The notes under the pieces: model-generated
What the model saw: only the letters and a program-made list of their open reading frames with translations
Databases searched by the model: none
Told to the model about the DNA's origin: nothing
NCBI GenBank assembly: GCA_034722955.1
Contig: JAYEOM010000004.1
Location: 1 to 27,133, forward strand
From: Campylobacterota bacterium
GTDB lineage: Bacteria > Campylobacterota > Campylobacteria > Campylobacterales > Sulfurovaceae
DNA: 27,133 nt
Direction of reading: 5' to 3'
Position numbers and translations under genes: made by a program
Shown here: positions 15,917 to 25,306 of the stretch, in pieces
Layout: each line of letters begins with the position of its first letter
How positions within the stretch are numbered: the stretch's first letter is position 1

Positions 15917-16246
15917 ATGAAAGCTATGATTGTTATCACTATATTGTTGACATTGGGTTCGATAGCCATTAGTTTTTATCGTCACAATGATTGGAAAAAG
16001 TTGTTGATCTCCTTGGCTACTTTTGCTACCGTATTGACTTTGGCAGGTTTGGGTGCTATGGTTAGAAGTGTTGTGCCACTATTTATCGCACACCTTGTAT
16101 TGGTAGTGATAGCTTGGGGCGGTCTACTATTCTATATCGCTAGGGGAAAACTCTATTGGCAGCTGATTCTCTCTCCGAGTATAACGATCATACTCTTTAT
16201 CATTATGGAGAGATTGATAGGATCTGGTGGAGCAGGAGGCTCCTAA
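15917..16246 (+). CDS. Hypothetical four-TM membrane protein (109 aa)
   Basis: RBS AGGAG, four hydrophobic segments, co-oriented with argS. Confidence 0.75.
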   Translation: MKAMIVITILLTLGSIAISFYRHNDWKKLLISLATFATVLTLAGLGAMVRSVVPLFIAHLVLVVIAWGGLLFYIARGKLYWQLILSPSITIILFIIMERLIGSGGAGGS

Positions 16247-16281
16247 AACAACTTATAAGAAAATATCAAGAAATATTTCGG

Positions 16282-16462
16282 TATAATCCCCCTCCCTATT
16301 ATTCTAGATTACTGGATATAGGCAGGGGACTGCGTGAAGAATCTTTGTATAATTAGCACTGATTATTCAAGGATTGGATAACTAAAGCTCAGCTATCCAC
16401 GCGAAAATGACACATAGAGTGTCTATATCAACAAGGTGCAAAACTAAGGCAGGAGACAACCA
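16282..16462 (+). promoter_or_regulatory. Promoter and about 170-nt structured 5' leader of the rpmJ-alpha operon
   Basis: TATAAT at 16282-16287 followed by a C-rich discriminator. Complementary segments 16315-16324/16420-16429, 16332-16336/16398-16402, and hairpins 16340-16375 and 16376-16398. RBS AGGAG at 16451. Confidence 0.55.
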
Positions 16463-16576
16463 ATGAAGGTTAGACCATCGGTTAAAAAGATGTGCGATGA
16501 TTGCAAAATCATCAAGCGCAAAGGTATAGTACGCGTGATTTGTAAAAATCCAAAACATAAACAGAGACAAGGATAA
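16463..16576 (+). CDS. rpmJ: 50S ribosomal protein L36 (Zn-binding type; absent from the ORF track)
   Basis: Manual translation: [37 protein letters not shown]. Confidence 0.98.
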   Translation: MKVRPSVKKMCDDCKIIKRKGIVRVICKNPKHKQRQG

Positions 16577-16578
16577 GC

Positions 16579-16941
16579 ATGGCTCGTATAGCAGGTGTGG
16601 ATTTACCTAAGAAAAAGAGAATGGAGTATGCACTTACTTACATTTTTGGTATCGGATTGACTACTTCAAGGAAGATCCTTGATGCTACAGGTATCGATTA
16701 TAATAAGAGAGTATATGAGTTGAGTGATGCTGAGGCAGCTATGATTCGTAAAGAGCTTCAAGAGCACTTTATGGTTGAGGGTGACTTGAGACAAAAAGTT
16801 GCTATGGATATCAAAGCATTGATGGATCTGGGTAGTTATAGAGGGCTTAGACATAGAAGAGGACTTCCTGTTCGTGGTCAAAAAACTAAGACAAATGCAA
16901 GAACTCGTAAGGGTAAAAGAAAAACCGTTGGCGCGGCGTAA
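16579..16941 (+). CDS. rpsM: 30S ribosomal protein S13
   Basis: [11 protein letters not shown]...[10 protein letters not shown] and [27 protein letters not shown]. Confidence 0.98.
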   Translation: MARIAGVDLPKKKRMEYALTYIFGIGLTTSRKILDATGIDYNKRVYELSDAEAAMIRKELQEHFMVEGDLRQKVAMDIKALMDLGSYRGLRHRRGLPVRGQKTKTNARTRKGKRKTVGAA

Positions 16942-16958
16942 AAGCAGGAGTGGTATAA

Positions 16959-17333
16959 ATGGCTAAGAAAAAAGCAAAAAAGAGTATTGCTAAAGGTGTA
17001 GTATATGTTGCTGCAACTTTTAATAACACTGTAATTACAGTAACAGATGAGATGGGAAATGTAATCGCTTGGAGTAGTGCCGGTGCATTAGGTTTTAAGG
17101 GAAGTAAAAAATCAACACCATTTGCTGCAACTGAAGCAGTAGCTGACGCAATGGCAAAAGCACAAGAGAATGGTATCAAAGAGGTTGGTATCAAAGTACA
17201 AGGACCTGGATCTGGTAGAGATACTGCTGTTAAAGCTATAGGTGCTACAGAAGGTATTCGTGTGACATTCTTGAAAGATATCACACCGCTTCCTCACAAT
17301 GGATGCAGACCTCCCAAGAAAAGAAGAGTGTAG
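16959..17333 (+). CDS. rpsK: 30S ribosomal protein S11
   Basis: [31 protein letters not shown] and [18 protein letters not shown]. Confidence 0.98.
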   Translation: MAKKKAKKSIAKGVVYVAATFNNTVITVTDEMGNVIAWSSAGALGFKGSKKSTPFAATEAVADAMAKAQENGIKEVGIKVQGPGSGRDTAVKAIGATEGIRVTFLKDITPLPHNGCRPPKKRRV

Positions 17334-17390
17334 CCAAAAGAGTAATTAATTACTCATTTAATAATATAGAAAAAATAAAAAGGTATCATA

Positions 17391-18017
17391 ATGGGAAGAT
17401 ATACAGGTCCAGTTGAGAAACTAGAAAGAAGACTTGGTGTTGATCTTGGATTGAAAGGCGAAAGAAGACTCGCTGGTAAGAGTGCTCTTGAGAAGAGACC
17501 TTATGCTCCAGGACAACATGGTCAAAGAAGAACAAAAATTAGCGAATATGGTCTCCAGCTTCGCGAGAAACAGAAAGCTAAATATATATATGGTGTTAGC
17601 GAAAAGCAGTTTAGAGTACTCTACAAAGAGGCTAACCGCAAAGAGGGAAATACCGGTAGTATTTTGGTTCAACTGCTTGAGCAGAGACTCGACAATGTAG
17701 TTTATAGAATGGGTTTTGCAACAACTAGAGCATCTGCAAGACAGTTTGTTAATCATGGTCATATCCTAGTAGATGGCAATAGAGTAGATATCCCTTCATG
17801 CAGAGTCAAAGCAGGTCAAAAGATCGAGATAAGAGAGAAGAGTAAAGCCAATCCTCAAATCGTCAGAAGTATCGAATTGACAAATCAGACAGGTATGGTT
17901 GAATGGGTAGATGTTGATAAAGAGAAGCTTTTTGGACTCTTTACAAGAGTTCCTGAAAGAGAAGAGATCTCAATCCCTGTTGAAGAGCGCTTAATCGTCG
18001 AACTTTACTCTAAATAA
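17391..18017 (+). CDS. rpsD: 30S ribosomal protein S4
   Basis: [39 protein letters not shown] and LIVELYSK. Confidence 0.98.
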   Translation: MGRYTGPVEKLERRLGVDLGLKGERRLAGKSALEKRPYAPGQHGQRRTKISEYGLQLREKQKAKYIYGVSEKQFRVLYKEANRKEGNTGSILVQLLEQRLDNVVYRMGFATTRASARQFVNHGHILVDGNRVDIPSCRVKAGQKIEIREKSKANPQIVRSIELTNQTGMVEWVDVDKEKLFGLFTRVPEREEISIPVEERLIVELYSK

Positions 18018-18034
18018 TCCATAAGGCTTGCCCA

Positions 18035-19033
18035 ATGAAAAAAATTAAAGTCGCACCATTTATGCCTACTGAGGTTGAAGTCAATGAGGTGAGTTCCAAC
18101 AGAGCTGAAATCATAGCCTACCCTTTTGAGAGTGGTTATGCGGTCACACTTGCGCATCCATTGAGAAGATTGATCTTGAGTAGTTCTATCGGGTATGCAC
18201 CTATATCTGTCAAGATTGAAGGGGCTGCTCATGAGTTTGATAATATAAGAGGGATGCATGAAGATGTAGCTGTTTTTATTATCAATATGAAAAATATCCA
18301 CTTTAAGATCAAAGATGAGAGTGAAAAAGTTGAAGTAACTTACTCCTTCTCTGGACATAAAGATATAATAGCTGAAGATTTGAACAATGATAAGATTGAA
18401 GTAGTCAATGGTGATCTTCACCTTGCTACACTCAATGAAGATGCAGAGTTGAACTTTACTATAGTTATTACTAAGGGTATTGGCTATGTACCAAGTGAAG
18501 ATCTTATTGATGAAGTTGAGAGTGATACTATTCCGTTGGATGCATTTTTTACACCGGTAAGAAAAGCAAACTATAAGATAGAGCCTATATTGGTTGAAGA
18601 TAATCCTAACTATGAGAAGATTACATTTGACATTATGACAAATAGTCAGATAGGACCGGTTGAAGCATTTACGAATGCTCTAGAGACTATGAATAAACAG
18701 TTATCTGTCTTCAATGGGGTTTTGGATGTAGATATCAATACAGCACCGGTAAAAAGAGGTGTTGATGATAGCGAATTGAAGCCTTTTCTACAGTTGGTTG
18801 ATGCTTTAGGCTTGAGTGCAAGAAGCTTTAACTCACTAGATAGAGCAGGGATCAAATATTTAGGCGAATTGGTCTTAATGAGTGAAAATGAGATCAAAAC
18901 TATTAAAAATCTCGGAAAAAAATCTCTTGATGAGATCAATGAGTGCCTTAATGAGCAAGGGTATGGTGCTGAGTTTGAACTTGGTGATGTAGCAAGAGCA
19001 AATCTTGTTAAAAAATTAGAGAAATTAAAATAA
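18035..19033 (+). CDS. rpoA: DNA-directed RNA polymerase subunit alpha
   Basis: YPFESGYAVTLAHPLRRLILSS, HEFDNIRG..EDV, LDAFFTPV, LSARSFN.L and KNLGKKSLDEI. Confidence 0.98.
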   Translation: MKKIKVAPFMPTEVEVNEVSSNRAEIIAYPFESGYAVTLAHPLRRLILSSSIGYAPISVKIEGAAHEFDNIRGMHEDVAVFIINMKNIHFKIKDESEKVEVTYSFSGHKDIIAEDLNNDKIEVVNGDLHLATLNEDAELNFTIVITKGIGYVPSEDLIDEVESDTIPLDAFFTPVRKANYKIEPILVEDNPNYEKITFDIMTNSQIGPVEAFTNALETMNKQLSVFNGVLDVDINTAPVKRGVDDSELKPFLQLVDALGLSARSFNSLDRAGIKYLGELVLMSENEIKTIKNLGKKSLDEINECLNEQGYGAEFELGDVARANLVKKLEKLK

Positions 19034-19042
19034 AGGATTCCT

Positions 19043-19393
19043 ATGAGACATAGACATGGATACCGTAGGCTTACGAGAACTTCTTCTCATAGAGCTGCAC
19101 TACTGAAAAACCTCTCTATCGCTCTTACTAAAGAGGGTAGAATAGAGACAACATTGCCAAAAGCAAAAGAGTTGAGAAGTTATTATGAAAAATTGATTAC
19201 TAAAGCCTCTGTTGGCGATGCAAATGCACATAAAGCAGTCTTTGCAATGCTTCAAGATAAAGCTTGTACCAACAAACTGGTTATAGAGATTGCACCTAAC
19301 TATGCTGGCCGTAAAGGCGGCTATACTAGAATCATCAAAACGCGTATGCGTAGAGGTGATGCTGCACCTATGGCGATCATCGAACTCGTATAA
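19043..19393 (+). CDS. rplQ: 50S ribosomal protein L17
   Basis: [29 protein letters not shown] and [22 protein letters not shown]. Confidence 0.98.
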   Translation: MRHRHGYRRLTRTSSHRAALLKNLSIALTKEGRIETTLPKAKELRSYYEKLITKASVGDANAHKAVFAMLQDKACTNKLVIEIAPNYAGRKGGYTRIIKTRMRRGDAAPMAIIELV

Positions 19394-19412
19394 TCTCCTC
19401 TCCGCTAAATCG

Positions 19413-19439
19413 TAGAGCAAGGTATCTATCCTTGTTCTA
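19413..19439 (+). terminator. Stem-loop after rplQ (possible terminator)
   Basis: TAGAGCAAGG-tatctat-CCTTGTTCTA, a 10-bp stem with one G-U pair. No clear U-tract. Confidence 0.4.
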
Positions 19440-19547
19440 GCGACCTACTATCTTATCTACCTATTCATATACTACATTCATAATATAAGAACACAATAAA
19501 CAGAATCTGGTATAATGAAATTAATAATATAGACAAGGAGATCAATA

Positions 19548-19826
19548 TTGATTCCGTTTACAGATGAAGAGTTGAAGCCGGCAGTAGAGAGTGTGATAGA
19601 GAGAGTAAGACCCTCTATCAAGCTGGATGGTGGTGATATTCAATTGATTGCTATAAAAGATGGTACTGTCTTTGTACAGTTACAGGGTGCTTGTATCGGT
19701 TGTGCAAGCAGTGGAACTACACTAAAATTTGGTGTAGAGAAGGAGATGAGAGCATTGATCCATCCGGAGTTAACTGTTATGAATGTTCCTATCGGATGGG
19801 AAGATAAGCTAGATCAATTAGGATAA
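19548..19826 (+). CDS. NifU C-terminal domain (Nfu-type) Fe-S carrier protein
   Basis: VRP.I..DGGDI.L, V.VQLQGACIGC.SS..TLK.GVE (CxxC). TTG start with RBS AAGGAG and extended -10 TGGTATAAT at 19508-19516. Confidence 0.92.
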   Translation: MIPFTDEELKPAVESVIERVRPSIKLDGGDIQLIAIKDGTVFVQLQGACIGCASSGTTLKFGVEKEMRALIHPELTVMNVPIGWEDKLDQLG

Positions 19827-19828
19827 AA

Positions 19829-20410
19829 ATGGTTAAAATAAATAAAAACACTCTATTGAAGCGTGCGGAAGAGCAGTTTGTCAATGGTCAATATAGTCAG
19901 TCTCTTCAGAGTTATGGACTACTGCTCAAAGACCACCCTGACCTTGGTGAAGCAAAAGTTGGTGTCTATTTGAGTGATCTTGGACTTGAGAGTGAAGATG
20001 ATGCACAAGCTCTTTTTGACTACTACCAGATCATAAAGTCAGAGAAAGAGGATGCTGTAGAGATCATAGACAATATCATCCATACACTCGATAACTCCAA
20101 AAACAGCCTGCAAGAGCTGCTGATAGATCCAATCCAAGAGCAGATTGATTATGGTGACGGTATACGATATGAAGATTTCTTGAAGCTCATAGAGTCCAGA
20201 GGAGATTTCAAGAAGGCTTTTGAAGATATCATGTTCTCCACTAGAGTTATCATTACAAATAGAGAAGAGTTTATCGATTTTATAAAACATTTGGCACTTG
20301 AAGGCTTCCCTGATATGGCGTTGAACTATCTCGATACTGCCGCGAATACCTTTGGCAATGATCAAGAGGTATACTCACTCTATGATCTACTTAAGGGAGA
20401 GCAGAAGTGA
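19829..20410 (+). CDS. Conserved Campylobacterota hypothetical protein (TPR-like N-terminus) between nifU and murE
   Basis: AQALFDYY, GI.Y.DF...I..RG.FK.AFEDIMFST.VII and MALNYL motifs. Coupled to both neighbours. Confidence 0.8.
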   Translation: MVKINKNTLLKRAEEQFVNGQYSQSLQSYGLLLKDHPDLGEAKVGVYLSDLGLESEDDAQALFDYYQIIKSEKEDAVEIIDNIIHTLDNSKNSLQELLIDPIQEQIDYGDGIRYEDFLKLIESRGDFKKAFEDIMFSTRVIITNREEFIDFIKHLALEGFPDMALNYLDTAANTFGNDQEVYSLYDLLKGEQK

Positions 20411-21714
20411 CGATATCATTTGTATATCAAGGATACAGTGCCGTCACGGACAACACCAGTGAGATAGATGACCAAACACTCTTTCTAAAGACAGCACAAA
20501 ATAGCAGTTACTTCGAGAAGATTGAAGACAAGCCACCTTTTGTCACTCCATCAGATCTGATAGATCAATGGGGTCTTGAGACTCTCAAGATAGTAGGAGT
20601 GACAGGAACCAACGGCAAGACTACAGTTACGGCGGCAATATACTCTTTTTTGCTTGATCTAGATGAGAAGCCTGCACTCCAGGGAACCAGAGGTCTATTC
20701 GCTGAAGATAATCGTATAGAAGAGAAGAGTATGACAACCCCATCTATCTTGGAGACGCTACACAATATGAAGCAGACTAAGGATTTGGGCTGTAACTATT
20801 TTATCATGGAAGTGAGTTCTCATGCTATAGATCAAAATCGTATCGAGGCTATCAATTTTGCGTTGAAGGTTCATACCAATGTCACCAGTGATCATCTGGA
20901 CTACCATGGGAGTGTAGAGGAGTATAGACGGGTCAAGAGTCTATTTTTTGCTGATGATACTCCCAAACTGCTCAACAAAGATGATATCAAAAGTATAACC
21001 TATAACCCTATAGGTGCTCAGAGTTATGGTGTAGATGAACCCGCGACATTTAAAGTGCAAGCCTTCTCTCTGCTTTATGGCATCACAGCGGGTGTCAAGC
21101 ATCTACAGGAGGAGGCTACTTTTCATTCACCAATGGTCGGTCTCTTCAATCTCTTTAATATCATGGCGGCAGTAGGCTCTGTAGTTATGTTGACAGGCAA
21201 AAAGATAGAGGATGTCTGCGAAGTGGTAAGATACTTTGCAGGTGTTGCAGGCAGGATGGAGGTCATGAGTCGTGATCCGCTGATCATAGTGGACTTTGCT
21301 CATACAGACGATGGTATGTATCAAGTCTTGGATAGTATCAAAGATAGAGATATATCTGTAGTCTTTGGTGCCGGAGGCAACCGAGATAGAGGCAAACGCC
21401 CCCGTATGGGTGCTGTAGCCGGTCGTTTTGCCAATAAGATCTATGTCACCAGCGACAATCCCAGAGATGAAATCCCAGAGATGATCCTCGAAGATATTTT
21501 GGTAGGTCTGCATGGCAAAGAGGGCGTAGTAGCCACACCCGATAGAAGATTGGCCATCAAGATGGCTATGGAGTCACTCAATAGAGATGAAGCACTACTG
21601 ATCCTAGGGAAGGGCGACGAGGATTATCAAGAGATCAAGGGAGTTAAACACCATTTTGACGATAGGGAAGTGGTGAGGGAGTTATTAGAGGAGCAGATGG
21701 CAGCAGAGCAGTAG
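20407..21714 (+). CDS. murE: UDP-N-acetylmuramoyl-L-alanyl-D-glutamate--2,6-diaminopimelate ligase
   Basis: GVTGTNGKTT, MTTP, MEVSSH, DHLDYH, VDFAHT.DG, GAGGNRD..KRP.MG, SDNPR (meso-DAP type) and GKG.E.YQ. GTG start overlaps the upstream stop. Confidence 0.97.
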   Translation: MTISFVYQGYSAVTDNTSEIDDQTLFLKTAQNSSYFEKIEDKPPFVTPSDLIDQWGLETLKIVGVTGTNGKTTVTAAIYSFLLDLDEKPALQGTRGLFAEDNRIEEKSMTTPSILETLHNMKQTKDLGCNYFIMEVSSHAIDQNRIEAINFALKVHTNVTSDHLDYHGSVEEYRRVKSLFFADDTPKLLNKDDIKSITYNPIGAQSYGVDEPATFKVQAFSLLYGITAGVKHLQEEATFHSPMVGLFNLFNIMAAVGSVVMLTGKKIEDVCEVVRYFAGVAGRMEVMSRDPLIIVDFAHTDDGMYQVLDSIKDRDISVVFGAGGNRDRGKRPRMGAVAGRFANKIYVTSDNPRDEIPEMILEDILVGLHGKEGVVATPDRRLAIKMAMESLNRDEALLILGKGDEDYQEIKGVKHHFDDREVVRELLEEQMAAEQ

Positions 21715-21734
21715 GTTTGGTTTGGAGACGGATT

Positions 21735-22057
21735 AGGCTACCTCAACGAAATAAGGCTACCCCAATGAAATAAACACCCAAATAGCTTTATGAGGTTTTT
21801 CATAGACAAGGCAATCGTTTGCAGGACTAGCCTTAGCTAATTCAAAAACGATTAACGCAGTATATGGGAAACCTCATAAAGCCCGTAGGGAAGTCACAGA
21901 GAGGGCAATCTTCACAAAATATAATTCTTGAATTAGCTTTGGCTAGTCCTACGAATTATATTTTGCAAATCTCACCCTCTCTGTGGCTTCTATTTGGGTG
22001 TTTATTTCGTTGGGGTAGCCTAAAGCTATTTGTGTGTTTATCTCCTTGGGGTAGCCT
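21735..22057. mobile_element. Non-coding composite palindromic element (MITE/ERIC/REPIN-like) with 32-bp terminal inverted repeats and two internal hairpin arms
   Basis: TIRs at 21754-21785 and 21990-22021 (31/32 complementary). Internal stems 21785-21804/21863-21882 and 21890-21905/21975-21990. Additional partial terminal copies at 21735-21753 and 22026-22057. Confidence 0.75.
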
Positions 22058-22125
22058 TATCAAGAGTATTGAAAAGAGTATTTTTTCATTTTATCCTCCT
22101 ATTTTTAACAGTATACTACAATATT

Positions 22126-23412
22126 TTATCCCATATTGCCCATATCGAACTTCTCACCTGTCTCCTCTGTCTTGCGATATAGTAGATGAGCATGTATGAT
22201 CTGATAAGATATCCATCCAAATGATAGTATAGTCAAACCCCCTGCAATAGAGATCAAATCCTCTATAAAAAGAGAAAGTATCAGTATTACAATCGTACCT
22301 AAGTGAATCCAAAAATGTTTTTTTGCTGTTTTTGGGTGGATCACTTCGTGCATCATAGGGGCAGTGTAGTAGCCCTGAGCATTGAGATGGAACCAAGTGA
22401 GAAACGGAACTATCTTGTAAAACATCGCAAAAACAATACTGAGTGCAAAAGAGGCAAAAGAGATATATGTGATGGATTGCAGTTGTGGAGAGGGGATGAG
22501 TAGTGAAGTGATCCAAAGAAGCATAGAGAGGATCAGACTCCCCATCCCCAGTCTCCAAAACCATATAGTGGCATCTGCTAGAGGACGCTTTCTCTCGGAG
22601 AGTCTATAGAGTGTAAATACAGCATAAGTTATCAGCATAAGAGCTAGCAGTATATCTATAGCTATCATACTTGAAAAGAGAAATAAAATTAGTGGTATTT
22701 TGATAATTAGCAGGAGTAAAATAGCAGCTGTCAAGTATAGTGATAGTATCTTGGGGTAGGGTGGAGTGACATAGAACATCTCTATAACTTGAAAAGAGAT
22801 CGAGATGATCAGGAGTGCAATCCATCCTATGAGACCAAAGTGATAATGAACTATTTTGATCTCTTGATAGTAGCTACCGTCAGCAAAACCACTCAAAGTA
22901 GCGGAGAGATAGAGTGCTAGTAAAACGGTCATAGTAAGAGCCAAGAGTGCGATCATCATACCTCGTGAAGAGGCACTATGATGAGAGAGTTTCATAAGCC
23001 GAGAGAGCATGAGGAGAGTAGCACCCAGTAGGCTAGCACCCAATAGGAGTGATGCGACTGTGTAGAGCTGACTGTATGCCTGAAGGTTAAATGCCAGGAG
23101 AAGGCAAATTGTCCCCAATACAAAAGGTACCTGAATCCACCAAGATCGTTTGATAGGTGAACTTAGGACAACTCCGGCAATAACAGGAAGCATCTGAAGC
23201 AGAGATCCTAGCATAAAAGAGGCCATAACTCCCAGTGTCAAAGTATGTGTGAGCGTAATCGCACCCGAAGAGAGAGGATCAAAAAGAGTCTCCCGATAAA
23301 AGAGGATCATAAATCCTGCCAAGATACCAAATAGAGCTGCTGCAAAAAAGAGACGAAAGACTACAGATATCGGAGGGGCTTGGTCCAGAGAGAGACCATT
23401 TTGTTGAAACAT
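22126..23412 (-). CDS. Polytopic (about 12 TM) His-containing membrane protein, NnrS/heme-copper-oxidase-like fold, of the kind found with hemerythrin and DUF2249 genes
   Basis: GLSLDQAPP, THTLTLG..GSLLQMLPV, H.HFGLIGW...Q VIEMF, YKIVPFLTWFH and HFWIH. Last gene of a coupled four-gene operon. Confidence 0.75.
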   Translation of the reverse strand: MFQQNGLSLDQAPPISVVFRLFFAAALFGILAGFMILFYRETLFDPLSSGAITLTHTLTLGVMASFMLGSLLQMLPVIAGVVLSSPIKRSWWIQVPFVLGTICLLLAFNLQAYSQLYTVASLLLGASLLGATLLMLSRLMKLSHHSASSRGMMIALLALTMTVLLALYLSATLSGFADGSYYQEIKIVHYHFGLIGWIALLIISISFQVIEMFYVTPPYPKILSLYLTAAILLLLIIKIPLILFLFSSMIAIDILLALMLITYAVFTLYRLSERKRPLADATIWFWRLGMGSLILSMLLWITSLLIPSPQLQSITYISFASFALSIVFAMFYKIVPFLTWFHLNAQGYYTAPMMHEVIHPKTAKKHFWIHLGTIVILILSLFIEDLISIAGGLTILSFGWISYQIIHAHLLYRKTEETGEKFDMGNMG

Positions 23413-23425
23413 AAATTTGATCTAC

Positions 23426-23683
23426 CTAAAAAGAGTTTTCGATCAGATTGTTTAGATCTATATCTCTGTTTTTGCTGATGAGGATGTGCCAAACTCCTTC
23501 GCTCTCCTCATAGCTGAGAAGTTTGAAGTTTTGCCCCTCTGCAAGGCTGAGAAGAGGTATGGGATTTTTGCGATGAAGCATATAAAAATAACTCTCATCA
23601 TCTAGTTCCCTCAATGCCACGATAGCTTTCTCTAGAGGTTTTGGGTGTTCAAGTTCTCTACTATCCAGAAAGATTTTTTTCAC
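23426..23683 (-). CDS. DUF2249 / TusA(SirA)-like small protein
   Basis: LD.R.LEHP.PLE.AI.AL..L...Y..M.HRK.P.PL. The true start is likely GTG 23683, overlapping the upstream stop (GTGA), giving 85 aa. The ORF-track extension to 23749 is not supported. Confidence 0.8.
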   Translation of the reverse strand: MKKIFLDSRELEHPKPLEKAIVALRELDDESYFYMLHRKNPIPLLSLAEGQNFKLLSYEESEGVWHILISKNRDIDLNNLIENSF

Positions 23684-24120
23684 AGAGCTACATCCTTCAT
23701 TTTGGCAAGTGTCTCCTCTTTGAGCTCTGAAGGCATAACTCTGTCGCACATAGCATAGAGCATCTGCTCCTCTTTCATATTGTGCTGCTGGAGGAGGATC
23801 ATCATAGACTCTGCTAGAGAAAGGTAAGCATCTCTATCTTGGCTCTCCAGAGATTGAGCCATCTTGCCTATCAATCCTTTGACCTGCTCATGTTCGAAAC
23901 GCATGACTTGTGTAGGCCCCTCTGTGCTACCTGTTTGTGCTTCAAAAGCAGGGAAAAGTTCCTCTTCCTCTTTTTTGAAGTGCGTGAGTGTCTCATTGGC
24001 AAAAGCCAAAAAACACTCTTCTCCTACCTCCCACTCACCCAATGCAACAGCCTCCTCTGCACCTGCAAAAAGTGTATCGCATTCACGGTGCTCCTCTTTC
24101 ATATAGTTTGATATAATCAC
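23680..24120 (-). CDS. Hemerythrin HHE cation-binding domain protein
   Basis: EH..CD..FA, HF..EEE.LFP.FE, GPTQVMR.EH and QQHNMKEEQMLY di-iron ligand pattern. Confidence 0.92.
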   Translation of the reverse strand: MIISNYMKEEHRECDTLFAGAEEAVALGEWEVGEECFLAFANETLTHFKKEEEELFPAFEAQTGSTEGPTQVMRFEHEQVKGLIGKMAQSLESQDRDAYLSLAESMMILLQQHNMKEEQMLYAMCDRVMPSELKEETLAKMKDVAL

Positions 24121-24734
24121 TTTTTATCCTTTTTTTCGATAGTAATCATCTGATCCCAGCTCTCTCTGCTTAGCAAGATCTTCTCTACACGCTCTTGCCA
24201 AAGCATACCAAAGGCTACCCTCTCCTCGTCTGAAGCCATCTGTTGCATCATCTTTTTCATCAGTGGTAACATCTGTGGAGATGGTGGAATAGTAGATGGA
24301 TTGTAGTCAAGTTCAACACTAGCACCGCTGTCGATACGAGTCAAGCGTACTTCACACGTGATATCTGCACCATAGGAGATGAGATCATTTCTGCTCATAT
24401 TGCCTTGGAGACCTTTGAATCCTCCTGCTCCGCCTGCACCGGCAATAAATGAGATCGTATTGCATACAACACCTGTGACGCCTTCTGTTTCACTCTCTCT
24501 CATCTCTACTTTTATATATCCTCTTTGAGGCAATGAGTCTGAATATAGTGATTTGAGTCCTTGGAGTGCCATCAGGTATGCACCAGCTACAGTAGGGCAA
24601 GAGTGTCCTGCAAGTTTGACACAATCAAGATAAGTAATCTCCAGTTTGCCATCAATAAATGCACCTAGAAAGTTACTAAGAGGATCCTGTAGAGAGATAG
24701 GCTCAACTTGATCGAAAAAAGATGGGTAGTTCAT
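24117..24734 (-). CDS. FmdE-like (formylmethanofuran dehydrogenase subunit E fold) metal-binding protein
   Basis: YP.FFD..I...DPL..FLG, VKLAGHSCPTVAGAYLM, GFKG..G...R..L and F...WQERV..IL. RBS AAGGAG. Confidence 0.7.
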   Translation of the reverse strand: MNYPSFFDQVEPISLQDPLSNFLGAFIDGKLEITYLDCVKLAGHSCPTVAGAYLMALQGLKSLYSDSLPQRGYIKVEMRESETEGVTGVVCNTISFIAGAGGAGGFKGLQGNMSRNDLISYGADITCEVRLTRIDSGASVELDYNPSTIPPSPQMLPLMKKMMQQMASDEERVAFGMLWQERVEKILLSRESWDQMITIEKKDKK

Positions 24735-24759
24735 AAATTACTCCTTGATTAATTTCACG

Positions 24760-24801
24760 ATTATAATCCTTTTTGCTCTCAATAGAGTTGATTTTTGTCA
24801 A
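24760..24801 (-). promoter_or_regulatory. Class II Crp/Fnr-family (NssR/DNR/HcpR-type) activated promoter for the minus-strand operon
   Basis: TTGAT-TTTT-GTCAA at 24788-24801 and minus-strand TATAAT at 24765-24760. With a TSS near 24753 the box centre falls at about -41.5. Confidence 0.7.
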
Positions 24802-24890
24802 GCTTAAAGGTATAACAGAGAAAATTTTGCTAAAATTGCACAAATAAGAGTAAATAACTCCTAATTAAATAGAAAATTAAAGGATCTACC

Positions 24891-25268
24891 ATGATAAATG
24901 GCGTACCACAACCAGCTTTTTATATCTTTAAATGTCAGCAGTCAGCACCTCCGGGAATGCCAAAACCCAGCTGTGTAAGCCAAAACAATCCAGAATCACA
25001 GGAACTCTTTCAGCACTTAGCACAAACACTGATGCAAAAAGGGATCATTGCAACAGTACAGCCGATACAAACAGGTTGTCTCAATCGTTGCCAGCAGGGA
25101 CCAGTTGTACTAGTGGAGCCAGGACACACTATGTATGTAGAGTTGACAAAAGATAAGATAGATAAAATTATTGACGAACATATCATAGGCGGTAATGTCG
25201 TAAATGAGTATGTTATCCCTGAAGAGATGTGGGGCGAGCCTATCTCTCCTTCATCTATGATACGATAA
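24891..25268 (+). CDS. Thioredoxin-like [2Fe-2S] ferredoxin
   Basis: IF.C-x12-C ... TGCLNRC..GP..LVEP...Y ... II.EH..GG. RBS AAGGA. Confidence 0.9.
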   Translation: MINGVPQPAFYIFKCQQSAPPGMPKPSCVSQNNPESQELFQHLAQTLMQKGIIATVQPIQTGCLNRCQQGPVVLVEPGHTMYVELTKDKIDKIIDEHIIGGNVVNEYVIPEEMWGEPISPSSMIR

Positions 25269-25306
25269 ATATCAAACTATTTTTGATAATCACTTTTGTG
25301 GTATAA

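Noticed and set aside
21735..22057. CRISPR array
   Set aside because: The repeats are inverted and nested, with no regularly spaced direct repeats, unique spacers or cas genes.
21864..22199. 111-aa ORF from the ORF track
   Set aside because: Runs through the palindromic element and antisense into the next gene, with no RBS or protein-like motif.
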